DNA of 64,000 bases, from the NCBI GenBank assembly GCA_965222115.1, contig CBDCTJ010000007.1:1888001-1952000 (forward strand), written 5' to 3'. The number at the start of each line of letters is the position of its first letter. Positions within the stretch are counted from its first letter, which is position 1. The DNA is from Planctomycetota bacterium (GTDB taxonomy: Bacteria > Planctomycetota > PLA2 > JAEUHO01). Positions 1 through 10,062 of the stretch are shown piece by piece. The position numbers were made by a program, and so were the translations under genes. The notes beneath the pieces were generated by a model. The model was not told the origin of the DNA and did no database searches. It saw nothing but the letters and a program-made list of their open reading frames with translations.

Positions 1-1
1 T

Positions 2-1066
2 CGATCGCGTTCGAGTCGTGCGCGTGCGAGCCGCTCGTCGCGCCGTAGTAGCAGTCGTGCCGCCGTGTCCTCCGCCAGTCGCAGCAGTGGAGCACGTCGC
101 TCATCGCGTTCGTCTCGGGGTCGGCGAGACGACTATGACGACTACGACGATGATCGTGGATACCGCCGCGGCCGTCGGCGACAGAAGAGTAACAACGGCC
201 TCGTGATTGGCCTTGTTGCAGGTCTCGTTGCCGTTGGGTTGCTCATTGCCTTCGTTGCGTCGCGTAGCGACGACACGACAGAAAGTACAGGCGGCACCGA
301 TGTTGCCGACAGCAGCACGCCCGGTACGTCCACTCCTTCAACAAGTGCCTCCGGTATGAATCCCACCGGTACCAGCGTGGGCGTGGGCACAGCCGCAACC
401 GGTACGCCGAGCGCGTCCGGTACAACAGCCGTAGGTGGCGCCACGCCTGCGGGTACAACGCCCGACAAGCCTGCATCCACGGGCGATTCGTCCACGCCCA
501 AGGCCGATGCACCCGCACCAAGAAGACGACGCACCCGCATGAACGTGCGCAAATACGAAATGAAGGTCTATCCCTGGCACAGGGACGTGCCCGAAGATCT
601 GAGAGCTCAGGTCGAGGGGTGGATGGACATGTATGTCAATGGCGGTGGGCGGGACAAGATCGAGGCCCAAGAAAAGCTCATCGAAGCCGGCACGAAGAAC
701 CGCGCCATTTGCGGTCGCATCATCAGCGAGTTCAAGAAGCTCGACGAGTCACCTGGACTCAATAATCCTCTGGGCAAGTCACGCGCGGCGTCCATTGAGC
801 AGTTGCTCCGTAAAATCGATGGTTGGCAGGAGCGGCATTGGGAAGAGTATCAATCGTTCCATCGCAGTTCGCCCGGTTCGCGGGTGCTCGGTCTCATCAA
901 GCGTTGGCTCGCGTGGTGGGAGTCCGATCGTTGGAAGAGCCATCCACTTAAGCCTTGGGACGAGTTCACCGAGGGCGCGCTGCGCGAAGACGACGGATCG
1001 GGCGGTACCAAGAAGAAGAAAGAAAAGCCCGCTCCCAAGAAGGGCTTCGACAAACTCGACGACTAG
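2..1066 (+). CDS. Membrane-anchored hypothetical protein, 5'-truncated by window edge: Arg/Ser-rich N-terminus, one TM helix, Thr/Gly/Ser linker, helical C-terminal domain
   Basis: Frame is open from base 2 (RSRSSRARASRSSRR...) into ORF 65..1066; hydrophobic GLVIGLVAGLVAVGLLIAFVA segment; Trp-rich globular C-terminus. Confidence 0.75.
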   Translation, partial: RSRSSRARASRSSRRSSSRAAVSSASRSSGARRSSRSSRGRRDDYDDYDDDRGYRRGRRRQKSNNGLVIGLVAGLVAVGLLIAFVASRSDDTTESTGGTDVADSSTPGTSTPSTSASGMNPTGTSVGVGTAATGTPSASGTTAVGGATPAGTTPDKPASTGDSSTPKADAPAPRRRRTRMNVRKYEMKVYPWHRDVPEDLRAQVEGWMDMYVNGGGRDKIEAQEKLIEAGTKNRAICGRIISEFKKLDESPGLNNPLGKSRAASIEQLLRKIDGWQERHWEEYQSFHRSSPGSRVLGLIKRWLAWWESDRWKSHPLKPWDEFTEGALREDDGSGGTKKKKEKPAPKKGFDKLDD

Positions 1067-1098
1067 CGTTTCGAAGAGCGCACCAAAGGACGCGGTAA

Positions 1099-3186
1099 GT
1101 GAACGACACACGACCGGCGCCAATCAGCGCCGCGCTTACTACGCCCGGATTGCCCGCCGGATTCAAGCTCTCAAGCAACTTTGTGCCCTCGGGCGATCAG
1201 GCCACGGCCATCGCGGGCTTGGTGGAGGGCGATACGCGTGGCGCCAAGCACCAGGTATTGCTTGGCGTGACCGGAAGCGGCAAGACATTCACGATGGCCA
1301 ATGTGATTGCAACATTGGATCGCCCGGCGGTGGTGTTGGCGCCCAACAAGACCCTCGCAGCACAGCTCTTTGACGAGTTTACCGATCTCTTCCCCGAAAA
1401 CGCGGTCGAGTACTTCGTTTCATTCTACGACTACTACCAGCCCGAAGCCTATGTGCCGGCACGCGATCTCTACATCGAGAAAGACGCGAGCATCAATGAT
1501 CGCATTGACCGCATGCGTCACGCCGCAACCAAGAGCGCACTCACGCGTCGCGACGTGATTGTTGTCGCCAGCGTGAGCTGCATCTACGGACTGGGTTCAC
1601 CGGAAGAATATCGAAACTTTCATGTGTGGGTGGAGGTCGGCGATCAACTGGATCGCGACGTGTTTTTGAGACGTCTGGCACGCATTCGCTACCAGCGAAA
1701 CGATGTGCAGCCCCAGCGCGGCAGTTACCGCGTGCGCGGCGACGTCGTGGAAGTGGGCCCGGCCGACAGCAGTGACCGCCTGATACGTATTGAGTGGTTT
1801 GGCGATGAGATCGAACGCATTGAGGAAATCGATGCATTGACGGGCGAGATCTACGGGCGCCGTGAATCGACGTCGTTTTTCCCAAGCAGTCACTACATGA
1901 ACAGCGATGACGCACTTGGCCGCGCCATCGATGGCATTGAAAGGGAACTGGCGACGCGCTTGGTGCACTACCGCAAGGAAGGCAAAGTGCTTGAGGCCGA
2001 TCGCCTTGCTCGACGCGTGCGCTACGACTTGGAGCTGTTGCGCGAAACGGGTTTCTGCCCAGGCATTGAAAACTACTCGCGTCATCTTGATGGTCGACAG
2101 CCCGGTGAGGCCCCGGCAACACTGCTCGACTATCTCCCGGAAGACTTCTTGTTGTTGATTGACGAGAGCCATGTGGCAGTACCGCAGGTGGGGGGCATGT
2201 ACGCCGGGGATCGGCGGCGAAAAGAAAACTTGGTCGAGTTTGGATTTCGCTTGCCGTGTGCGTTGGACAACCGTCCGCTTACCTTTGACGAGTTCAAACA
2301 ACGCGTGGATCGCGTGATCTATGTGAGCGCAACGCCGGGGTCCTACGAAAAGGAACAAGCCGGATCCAACATCGTCGAGCAAGTCATTCGACCCACCGGC
2401 CTCGTCGATCCCGACGTGATCGTGCGGCCCGCGCGCGGCCAGGTCGATGATCTCCTGCGCGAGATTCGCGAGCGCATTGAGGACGGCGAGCGCGTGCTCG
2501 TGACAACACTCACCAAGCGCATGGCCGAAGAACTCAGCGAACACTTGGCGGAGATTGGCGTCAAGGCCCGCTACATGCACTCCGACATCTCAACGCTTGA
2601 GCGTGCGGAGATATTGAAAGACCTGCGGCTGGGCGTGTTTGACGTGCTTGTGGGGATCAATCTGCTGCGCGAAGGACTGGATCTGCCGGAAGTCGCCCTT
2701 GTGGCGGTGCTTGATGCCGACAAGGAGGGCTTCCTGCGTTCGGAAACGAGCTTGATTCAGGTCAGTGGTCGCGCGGCGCGCAATGTGGGCGGGCGCGTGA
2801 TCTTTTATGCCGACCGCATCACGGATTCGATGAAGCGCGCCATGGACGAAATGGACCGTCGTCGGGTGATTCAACGGCAGTACAACGAAGACCACGGCGT
2901 TACGCCCAGCTCGGCCACGCGCGGAGTGCGCCACACGGTGACCGAAACCTATGCGGAACGCGACTACGTCGAGCTCGCGCCCCTTGAGAGCGACGGGTTG
3001 AGCGACGCGAAGACACTGCGCGAACGAAAAGAGACGCTTCAGAAAGACATGCTCGCCGCTGCCAAAGAACTTCGCTTTGAGGACGCCGCCTCGCTGCGTG
3101 ATTCGCTGCGTCGTGTAGAGGCTCTGCTCTTGCGCTTGGGTGAAGGCGAAGACACGCCAACTGACGCGACTGAGCCATCGTCATGA
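1099..3186 (+). CDS. uvrB: Excinuclease ABC subunit B
   Basis: LLGVTGSGKT Walker A, YFVSFYDYYQPEAY beta-hairpin, DESH, GINLLREGLDLPEV, C-terminal UVR motif LRFEDAASLRD. Confidence 0.98.
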   Translation: MNDTRPAPISAALTTPGLPAGFKLSSNFVPSGDQATAIAGLVEGDTRGAKHQVLLGVTGSGKTFTMANVIATLDRPAVVLAPNKTLAAQLFDEFTDLFPENAVEYFVSFYDYYQPEAYVPARDLYIEKDASINDRIDRMRHAATKSALTRRDVIVVASVSCIYGLGSPEEYRNFHVWVEVGDQLDRDVFLRRLARIRYQRNDVQPQRGSYRVRGDVVEVGPADSSDRLIRIEWFGDEIERIEEIDALTGEIYGRRESTSFFPSSHYMNSDDALGRAIDGIERELATRLVHYRKEGKVLEADRLARRVRYDLELLRETGFCPGIENYSRHLDGRQPGEAPATLLDYLPEDFLLLIDESHVAVPQVGGMYAGDRRRKENLVEFGFRLPCALDNRPLTFDEFKQRVDRVIYVSATPGSYEKEQAGSNIVEQVIRPTGLVDPDVIVRPARGQVDDLLREIRERIEDGERVLVTTLTKRMAEELSEHLAEIGVKARYMHSDISTLERAEILKDLRLGVFDVLVGINLLREGLDLPEVALVAVLDADKEGFLRSETSLIQVSGRAARNVGGRVIFYADRITDSMKRAMDEMDRRRVIQRQYNEDHGVTPSSATRGVRHTVTETYAERDYVELAPLESDGLSDAKTLRERKETLQKDMLAAAKELRFEDAASLRDSLRRVEALLLRLGEGEDTPTDATEPSS

Positions 3187-5000
3187 GCGATGCGCAGGCT
3201 GCGCTAGAGGCACGGGTCGCACGCTTGCCCGACGAACCCGGCGTGTACCAATGGCTTGATGATGCGGGGCGCACCCTCTACGTGGGCAAAGCGGCCAGGC
3301 TGCGGTCGCGCGTGCGTAGCTATCTGGGCAAAGGCGATGGTCGGCCCCTCGTTCGATTGCTGATGCGACGCGCGGTGCGCGTGGAAGTCACGACCACGGC
3401 TACTCCCAGCGAGGCGCTGCTGCTTGAGAACACATTGATTAAGCGCGAGCGTCCGCCCTACAACCTGCGCCTCAAGGACGACAAGAGCTACTTGCTGGTG
3501 CGCGTAGATCGATCGCATACATTTCCCCGACTTCGCTTGGTACGCAAGATCAAGAAGGACGGCGCGCAGTACGTGGGTCCATTTGCCAGTGCAAAGGGTG
3601 TACGACGGACGCTGCGATTCTTGGGTACGCTCTACCCGTTGCGCACGTGTTCGGACCGTGAACTCGAAGAGCGCACGAGGCCGTGTCTCTATCATCAGAT
3701 TGGGCGTTGCGCGGCGCCGTGCGTGGACGCGATTTCAGCCAGCGAATACGACTTGTTGCTGCGCGGCGCACTTGCTTTGTTGCGCGGGCGCGACAACGGC
3801 GCAGCGTCTGAACTTCGGCGGGAAATGGAGGCGGCTTCGGAAGCCCAGTTGTTTGAACGCGCGGCGGTCTTCCGCGATCGATTGCACGCGCTTGAGTCCG
3901 CATTGACCAAGCAGGAAGTTGTCACCGTGGATGGCAAAGACCGCGACGTGCTGGCGGTCGTCCAAGCCGGCGGCGTGAGCATGTTGAGCTTGGTCTATGT
4001 GCGCGATGGTCAGGTGGTGGCCACTCGGGCATTGGCGCAACACACAACCGTCCCCGGCGCCGATGTGATTCACGGCTTTCTCGCGCAGTGTTACGCGCGC
4101 GATAAAGTGATTCCCGCCGAGTTCTTGGTGGATCAAGAGCCCACCGATCGCGAAGGCTTGGAAGCCATGCTCTCCGAGCTGCGCGGCACCGCAGTATCGA
4201 TTCGCGTACCCAGGCGAGGCACCGGTCGAGATTTGATCGCCATGGCCGTTCGAAATGCAGAGATGGCCATCAAGGAACACAACGAGCGTGCTCGTCAATC
4301 GTCCGACGCTCTGGCGCGACTCGCCACATTACTTGGCCTACCCACGTCGCCAAGCCGCATTGAGGGTTACGACCTTTCGCACTTGGCGGGCAGTGATCCG
4401 GTTGCCGGATTATCGGTTCTCATTGGCGGCGTGCCCGAACCCAGTAGCTATCGCCATTTCGCTATCCGTGAAGCCGCAGGAGGCGACGACTACGCAGGCA
4501 TGCGCGAAGTCATTGCGCGTCGGTTCGCACGTGGCGTGGAGCTTGGCGTATTGCCCGACTTGGTGCTCGTTGACGGCGGTCGTGGACAAGTCGAAGCCGC
4601 ACGCGCCGCGCTCGATGATCTCGGTGGCATCGACATTCCGCTTGTTGGCTTGGCCAAAGCGCGTACAGCGTTTGGTGAGCGTTCCGACGAACGAATCGTT
4701 CGGCTTGAACATCCCGAACCGTTGATTCTCAAGCCCGATGATCCCGGCTTGCGCTTGCTCGTCACCGTTCGAGACGAAGCGCACCGTTTCGCCGGTCGCT
4801 ACCAACAGAAGCGTCGGCAAAAGACGTTCTCTGCTGGAGCCCTCGACGCTGTATCCGGAATTGGTCCGGCAAAGAAGCGTCGCCTCCTCAAACATTTCGG
4901 TTCTGTTGACGGCATCCGCGACGCCCCCTACGAAGACCTCGCCGCCATCCCCGGCATCGGTCCCCGCCTCGCCCGCCTCATCCGCGACACGCTCGGCTAG
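3183..5000 (+). CDS. uvrC: Excinuclease ABC subunit C
   Basis: GIY-YIG N-terminus (PGVY..YVGKA..LRSRVRSY), CLYHQIGRCAAPC, RIEGYDLSH, LVLVDGGRGQ, VRDEAHRFA, tandem HhH (GIGP); ATGA overlap with uvrB. Confidence 0.97.
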   Translation: MSDAQAALEARVARLPDEPGVYQWLDDAGRTLYVGKAARLRSRVRSYLGKGDGRPLVRLLMRRAVRVEVTTTATPSEALLLENTLIKRERPPYNLRLKDDKSYLLVRVDRSHTFPRLRLVRKIKKDGAQYVGPFASAKGVRRTLRFLGTLYPLRTCSDRELEERTRPCLYHQIGRCAAPCVDAISASEYDLLLRGALALLRGRDNGAASELRREMEAASEAQLFERAAVFRDRLHALESALTKQEVVTVDGKDRDVLAVVQAGGVSMLSLVYVRDGQVVATRALAQHTTVPGADVIHGFLAQCYARDKVIPAEFLVDQEPTDREGLEAMLSELRGTAVSIRVPRRGTGRDLIAMAVRNAEMAIKEHNERARQSSDALARLATLLGLPTSPSRIEGYDLSHLAGSDPVAGLSVLIGGVPEPSSYRHFAIREAAGGDDYAGMREVIARRFARGVELGVLPDLVLVDGGRGQVEAARAALDDLGGIDIPLVGLAKARTAFGERSDERIVRLEHPEPLILKPDDPGLRLLVTVRDEAHRFAGRYQQKRRQKTFSAGALDAVSGIGPAKKRRLLKHFGSVDGIRDAPYEDLAAIPGIGPRLARLIRDTLG

Positions 5001-5033
5001 GTACATCGCTGTGCCCGGCCCGTGACCGTATGC

Positions 5034-5705
5034 CTATGAAGAAGCGCCCACGGTCTCAGCAGTCTTGGCGCTTTCCCAGTCTTTGAGGAAGGCGGCGAGG
5101 CCTTGGGTGGTGAGGTCGTGGCCGACCATTTTGTCCATGATCTTGGGGGGAATGGTGGCAATGTCGGCGCCGATGAGCGCGGATTGACGGACGTGATCGG
5201 CGTTGCGGATGCTGGCCACGAGTACGTGGGTGGTGAGGTTGGGGTAGTTCACGAAGGTCTGAACGATGTCTTCGATGAGTTCCATGCCACGCGCGCCACG
5301 ATCGTCGAGTCGGCCAATGAAGGGACTTACCATGGTGGCGCCGGCCTTTGCTGCAAGTAGCGCCTGCGTGGCCGAGAAGCAGAGCGTGACGTTTGTGTTG
5401 ATGCCCTTCTTCGAAAACGCTTTGGTGGCTTTGAGTCCCTCGGGAATGAGCGGCACTTTGATGACTACGTTCTTGTGTATTTCAGACAGTCGAACGCCTT
5501 GCGCAATCATGCCGTCGGCATCCATGGCGGTAACTTCGGCCGAGATGGGACCATCAACAATGCCGCAGATTTCTTCGATGACCTCTTCGAAGACGCGACC
5601 GGACTTGGCGATCAAACTCGGGTTGGTTGTGACGCCATCCACGACGCCCCAGGATGCGTACTTGCGAATCTGATCGACGTCCGCGCTATCGAGAAAAATG
5701 CGCAT
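5034..5705 (-). CDS. tal: Transaldolase / fructose-6-phosphate aldolase family (short type)
   Basis: [22 protein letters not shown] (Schiff-base Lys), [21 protein letters not shown]. Confidence 0.93.
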   Translation of the reverse strand: MRIFLDSADVDQIRKYASWGVVDGVTTNPSLIAKSGRVFEEVIEEICGIVDGPISAEVTAMDADGMIAQGVRLSEIHKNVVIKVPLIPEGLKATKAFSKKGINTNVTLCFSATQALLAAKAGATMVSPFIGRLDDRGARGMELIEDIVQTFVNYPNLTTHVLVASIRNADHVRQSALIGADIATIPPKIMDKMVGHDLTTQGLAAFLKDWESAKTAETVGASS

Positions 5706-5762
5706 GAGCACCTCCAACGACTGGATCGAAAGAGAGTACCCGCGCCCGACCCCACCTGGAGG

Positions 5763-7049
5763 TCAGTCGAAGATGACGAAATAGCGCAGCGTCTCGGGCT
5801 TCTTGTCGGCGGTGGCGATGCCGGAGATCGTGATGTAGCAGGCCGATCCGCGACGTGTATCCACGAGACGCGGGAGGAAGCGAATCGCCCGAAGATGAGG
5901 GTGAGTCCCCGGATGCCATGCGTGTACGCGGTCCACGACGACGTTTTCACCCAGGTGTAGGTGTCTGGCCGACTTGGGGGCATGTTTAAACACCACGGCC
6001 GTCACGCTCAGGGCGTCGGGATCCAGGGGCGCAAAGCGCTTGGCGCATAGAAACACACTCCAGAGCGCGTTGCGGGTGAAGTGTGTGCGTAAGTTTTGCC
6101 CGCGCGGGGGCCAGTAGATGGCGCTCGGTGTTGGGGTCGCCCCCTCGTTCTTGCCCGCTTCGTTCTTACCCTCCTCAGCAAGGGTTCGAAGCGATACGAA
6201 CGGTCCGGCCTTGGCGATGGCGGCACTTGTCGCCAGCGGGTCCAGGCAGACCAAGCGCGAACGTAATGTTTCATCACCCTTCGAGGCCACCATGCGATCC
6301 ACGCTAAACCACAGCGGCAGACCGCGACCCCGGTGGGCGGGAAACGAGGTGATGCTTGGACCGTCGGTGTGGGCCGGTGTGTCCATTGCCGAGGTACGGA
6401 TCGCTTCCAGCGCCGACGTTACGTCCTTGGGCGCTGCCGATTCAATGGTCGGCGTGGCCGACGCATCGGGGATGGCGTCGAGCTCTTTACATAGCGAAGC
6501 CGCTTGCATGGCCACCGTCGCAGCCGCGTCACTCCATCGAAGTCGAAAGGGCACACCCGCCATCGCGCGGTATCCCTGAAGGCGCGAGATCGCCTGTTGC
6601 CCGTCGCTCGCATGGCTTCGCTTTCGATACGGGTCGCGCGCGCGGTTGAGCATGCGCAGGAGTCCATCGCGCGACTCGGGTTGCAGCAGCAGGCCGTCGA
6701 TCCAGGTCTCTTCGATTTCCGTCAATGCATCGGGGCGTTTCCATACGCGACCCGTAAACACGTCGTCTTCGTATTGCCCGTCGCGCGTGGGCATTCCGTC
6801 TTGATCCCACTCTTTCCAGACACCGTGCTTCTTGCCCGAGTTGTAGCTCCCTTTGATGGCGGCGGTGCCATTCGCATGCCAAGAAAGATAGGCACCTTCG
6901 TAGCCGTGTTCACTTTCGTCGTACTGGCGTTTGATTTGACCGCTGGGGTAGCGCTCAACCTTGGCATCGGACGTCAAGTCCAGCGTTTCCGATCCAGCGG
7001 TACCCGAGATCAACAACACCAAGAGGCACGCGAAGCCACACGTCGACAT
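5763..7049 (-). CDS. Secreted protein with MORN-2/YwqK-like repeats followed by a CAP/SCP-like region
   Basis: Signal-like N-terminus; YLSWHANGTAAIKGSYNSGKKHGVWKEWDQDG repeats; AISRLQGYRAMAGVP helix typical of CAP-domain starts; start codon uncertain (7049 or 7082). Confidence 0.6.
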   Translation of the reverse strand: MSTCGFACLLVLLISGTAGSETLDLTSDAKVERYPSGQIKRQYDESEHGYEGAYLSWHANGTAAIKGSYNSGKKHGVWKEWDQDGMPTRDGQYEDDVFTGRVWKRPDALTEIEETWIDGLLLQPESRDGLLRMLNRARDPYRKRSHASDGQQAISRLQGYRAMAGVPFRLRWSDAAATVAMQAASLCKELDAIPDASATPTIESAAPKDVTSALEAIRTSAMDTPAHTDGPSITSFPAHRGRGLPLWFSVDRMVASKGDETLRSRLVCLDPLATSAAIAKAGPFVSLRTLAEEGKNEAGKNEGATPTPSAIYWPPRGQNLRTHFTRNALWSVFLCAKRFAPLDPDALSVTAVVFKHAPKSARHLHLGENVVVDRVHAWHPGTHPHLRAIRFLPRLVDTRRGSACYITISGIATADKKPETLRYFVIFD

Positions 7050-7250
7050 CGCGCTTTTGATCGATAGCCATGCGTAGGTCAAAATGGGGCCCTTCGTACG
7101 CGGGTATCGCCCGCAGTCCGTGTTTCGCGCCTCGGTACGGACACCTCTCTGTCGAACAGATCGCCGCCGTTTGTGAGGCGTTTGTCGGAATCGACCGCGG
7201 GTCCATCAATTGAGTGGATTTTCGCCCTCGAAGGGCCGCTAATTCAGTGT

Positions 7251-8186
7251 GTGACCCTACGCGTACCCACCACACCCCTCGGCGTGCTCGATGCATGGCT
7301 CGACCACATGCGCGTGGAACGCGGTGCATCGCGCCATACGATTTTTGCGTATCGTCGCGATGTCTTGGATGTGCTTCGCGCCGTGGGCATCCATGGGACA
7401 AAGCTCGAACGCGATCAGGCGTTGCAAGGCATCCGCTCGTCTCAGATCGCAACGTGGATGCGAGGCGAGCGGACACGCGGTGCCGCACCAAGTTCCAGCA
7501 CGCGCCGTCTTTCGTCCTTTCGTGGGTATATGCGCTTTGCGTTGTCGCTTGGCGTGGCAGCGAGTGATCCCACCGATGGCATTCGCGTGCCCGCTATGTG
7601 GAAGCGACTTCCCAAGTCGTGGAGCAAAGCACAGGTCGACGCGCTCTTGGCTACTGCCAACGACACGACGCCGCTTGGCATGCGCGATCGCGCCATGGTG
7701 GAAGTGCTTTACGCGTGCGGGGCGCGCGTTCAAGAACTGTGCGATGTTGCCGTGGACGATGTGCGCTTGAACGACGGTGTGGCGCGCTTCGTTGGAAAAG
7801 GTGGTAAGGAACGCTGGGTGCCACTCGGTGAACCGGCCGCCAATGCCATTCGCGACTACCTCGAACACGTGCGCCCGGACCTTGTGGTTAAGTCGCGCAA
7901 CAGGTCTTCGCGTCAACTGTTTCTGTCCAAGTCGGGCCGCGCACTCGATCGCCACATGGTGTTTCGCATGATTCGTACGCGGGCCCTCAAGGCCGGATTG
8001 GACGCCTCCATCAGTCCCCACACCCTGCGCCATTCGTTTGCAACCCACCTACTCGAGGGCGGTGCGGATCTCCGCGTCGTGCAGGAACTTCTCGGCCACG
8101 CCAATGTTCAGACGACCGAGATCTACACGCATGTGGACCGCGAGAAGCTCAAACGGGTTCATCGTCGCTTCCATCCACGGGCGTAA
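7251..8186 (+). CDS. xerD: Site-specific tyrosine recombinase XerD/XerC
   Basis: ERGASRHTIFAYRRD N-domain, LYACGARVQEL, GKGGKERWVP, SPHTLRHSFATHLLEGGADLRVVQELLGHA..TTEIYTH; start uncertain. Confidence 0.9.
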   Translation: MTLRVPTTPLGVLDAWLDHMRVERGASRHTIFAYRRDVLDVLRAVGIHGTKLERDQALQGIRSSQIATWMRGERTRGAAPSSSTRRLSSFRGYMRFALSLGVAASDPTDGIRVPAMWKRLPKSWSKAQVDALLATANDTTPLGMRDRAMVEVLYACGARVQELCDVAVDDVRLNDGVARFVGKGGKERWVPLGEPAANAIRDYLEHVRPDLVVKSRNRSSRQLFLSKSGRALDRHMVFRMIRTRALKAGLDASISPHTLRHSFATHLLEGGADLRVVQELLGHANVQTTEIYTHVDREKLKRVHRRFHPRA

Positions 8187-8271
8187 CCGTCCGTAGACGC
8201 GGAAGTTTGCCGGAAAAGTACAACGCCCTACGGTGCGGCGCGTACCATCCGCCTTTCGCCAGGAGACCCGC

Positions 8272-8886
8272 GTGGACCCCAGTCCTTCCCCAGCCACGAC
8301 CACGGCCGCACCTGCCCCGCAGACTAGCGTGGCGCAGCTAAATGCAGGCTCGACGAAGTCGCTCAAACTGTGGGGGCTGGGCATCATCATTGTTGGCCTG
8401 ATCGCAGATCTATGGTCCAAGGCCTACTTTGAGAAGCTCCTGGGTATGAACGTTGAGACGGGTCTATCGGCGCGTCGCATTCAAGTCATCGACGGCTTCT
8501 TCGCGTGGGAAGGTGTTTACAACCCCGGCATTACGTTCGGGCTTGCCGCACACCAAACGGTGCTCATTTTGGCGCTTACCGGACTTGCCACCGTGGGCCT
8601 GTTCATTTGGTTCCTTGCCACCCAGCGTCCGAGTCGTTGTCTACACATCGGTCTTGCCATGATCATTGGGGGCGCGCTTGGCAATCTCTACGATCGCTTT
8701 CATTGGCACAAGGTGCGCGACTTTATCAGTTTCTATATCGGTGAACATCGCTGGCCCAACTTCAACGTGGCCGACATGCTCATCGTCGTGGGGGTGGGAT
8801 TGATCATGTGGGATGCGCTGTTTGGTCATGGCGCAAAAGTGGCGCGAGCGCAGACCGAAGCCGCGCGCCGCGCCAAGAAGGCGTAG
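8272..8886 (+). CDS. lspA: Lipoprotein signal peptidase II
   Basis: NPGITFG, GGALGNLYDR, VRDFI, FNVAD motifs; AGGAG RBS before GTG 8272. Confidence 0.93.
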   Translation: MDPSPSPATTTAAPAPQTSVAQLNAGSTKSLKLWGLGIIIVGLIADLWSKAYFEKLLGMNVETGLSARRIQVIDGFFAWEGVYNPGITFGLAAHQTVLILALTGLATVGLFIWFLATQRPSRCLHIGLAMIIGGALGNLYDRFHWHKVRDFISFYIGEHRWPNFNVADMLIVVGVGLIMWDALFGHGAKVARAQTEAARRAKKA

Positions 8887-8892
8887 ATCGCT

Positions 8893-9858
8893 ATGGGTGG
8901 CGTCGCGCCCGAACCGTTGCCCGAACCCAAAGGGCCTATCGACCTTTCGTTTCGCATTGGCAATACCGTCTTTCCCAATCCCGTGGGGACGGGCTCGGGT
9001 ACTTTTGGAAAGGGGCTTGAGTTTCGCTCGTTCTTTGACGTGTCGCGACTTGGGTGTGTCGTTGTAAAAACGATTACGACGGAGCCACGCGCCGGTAATC
9101 CGCCGCCGCGTTTGCACGAAACGCCGGCCGGGATGCTTAACTCCATTGGGCTTGCCAACGAAGGCGTCGACAGCTATATCGTCAACCGACTGCCGCTCTT
9201 GCGCGAGTTGGGCGCACCGCTCGTAATAAACATTGCAGGCCACAGCGTTGAGGACTTTGGCTATCTCGCCAAGCGATTTGCGGCCGAGCCCGGCATCGCC
9301 GCACTCGAACTAAACATGTCGTGTCCCAACGTGTCGAAGGGGCTCGATTTTTCGACCAATGAGGATGTGGCACGGCGCGTGGTTCAGGCCGTTCGAAACG
9401 AAACCGACCTTCCGCTCATCGCGAAGCTCAGTCCCAACGTGACCGACATTCGACCGATTGCCGAGGCGGCGGTGTATGGCGGCGCGGACGCGATCTCGGC
9501 CATCAATACGTTGGTGGGCATGGCCATCGATTGGCGCAAACAGAAAGCGCTGCTCGGTCGTGGCGTGGGGGGGCTCAGCGGTCCGTGCATTAAGCCCGTG
9601 GCGCTCCGCATTGTTCGTCAACTCTACGAGACGGTGGACGTTCCAATCATTGGTATCGGGGGTATCGAGAATGCCGACGACGCAATGGAGTTCATCGTAG
9701 CGGGCGCGAGTGGTATCCAAGTGGGGACGGCCAACTTCTACAACCCGCGGGCCACCATCGACATTCTTGAGGGTCTTCCCGCGCGGATCGCGGCCCTCGG
9801 CAAGGCCAGTCTGCGCGAGGTGGTGGGCAGCCTCAACTGGACGCTCTATCCCGCATAA
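8893..9858 (+). CDS. pyrD: Dihydroorotate dehydrogenase family 1 (1B-like)
   Basis: GNPPPRLHETPAGMLNSIGLAN, ELNMSCPNV, KLSPNVTDI, GGLSGPCIKPVAL, IIGIGGI. Confidence 0.95.
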   Translation: MGGVAPEPLPEPKGPIDLSFRIGNTVFPNPVGTGSGTFGKGLEFRSFFDVSRLGCVVVKTITTEPRAGNPPPRLHETPAGMLNSIGLANEGVDSYIVNRLPLLRELGAPLVINIAGHSVEDFGYLAKRFAAEPGIAALELNMSCPNVSKGLDFSTNEDVARRVVQAVRNETDLPLIAKLSPNVTDIRPIAEAAVYGGADAISAINTLVGMAIDWRKQKALLGRGVGGLSGPCIKPVALRIVRQLYETVDVPIIGIGGIENADDAMEFIVAGASGIQVGTANFYNPRATIDILEGLPARIAALGKASLREVVGSLNWTLYPA

Positions 9859-10062
9859 CGCCGGAGCGTCCAGCAGCGCCCCAGAGATGGCCCTCGCATT
9901 GGATTAGGGATCTCGCGGGTATTCGAAATGGTCGATGCCGGGTGTCCGCGTTACCTTCTCCCAACTATGGGCTTCTTCCGCCGCACATTCTCGCCGATTG
10001 CGCGTTTTTTGCGGTGGGCTTGGCCTGGTAGGCGGCGCAAATCCGGAGCAAATCAAGAACCG

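Noticed and set aside
7251-8186. Prophage or island integrase
   Set aside because: Sequence is typical chromosomal XerD/XerC and the neighbours are housekeeping genes
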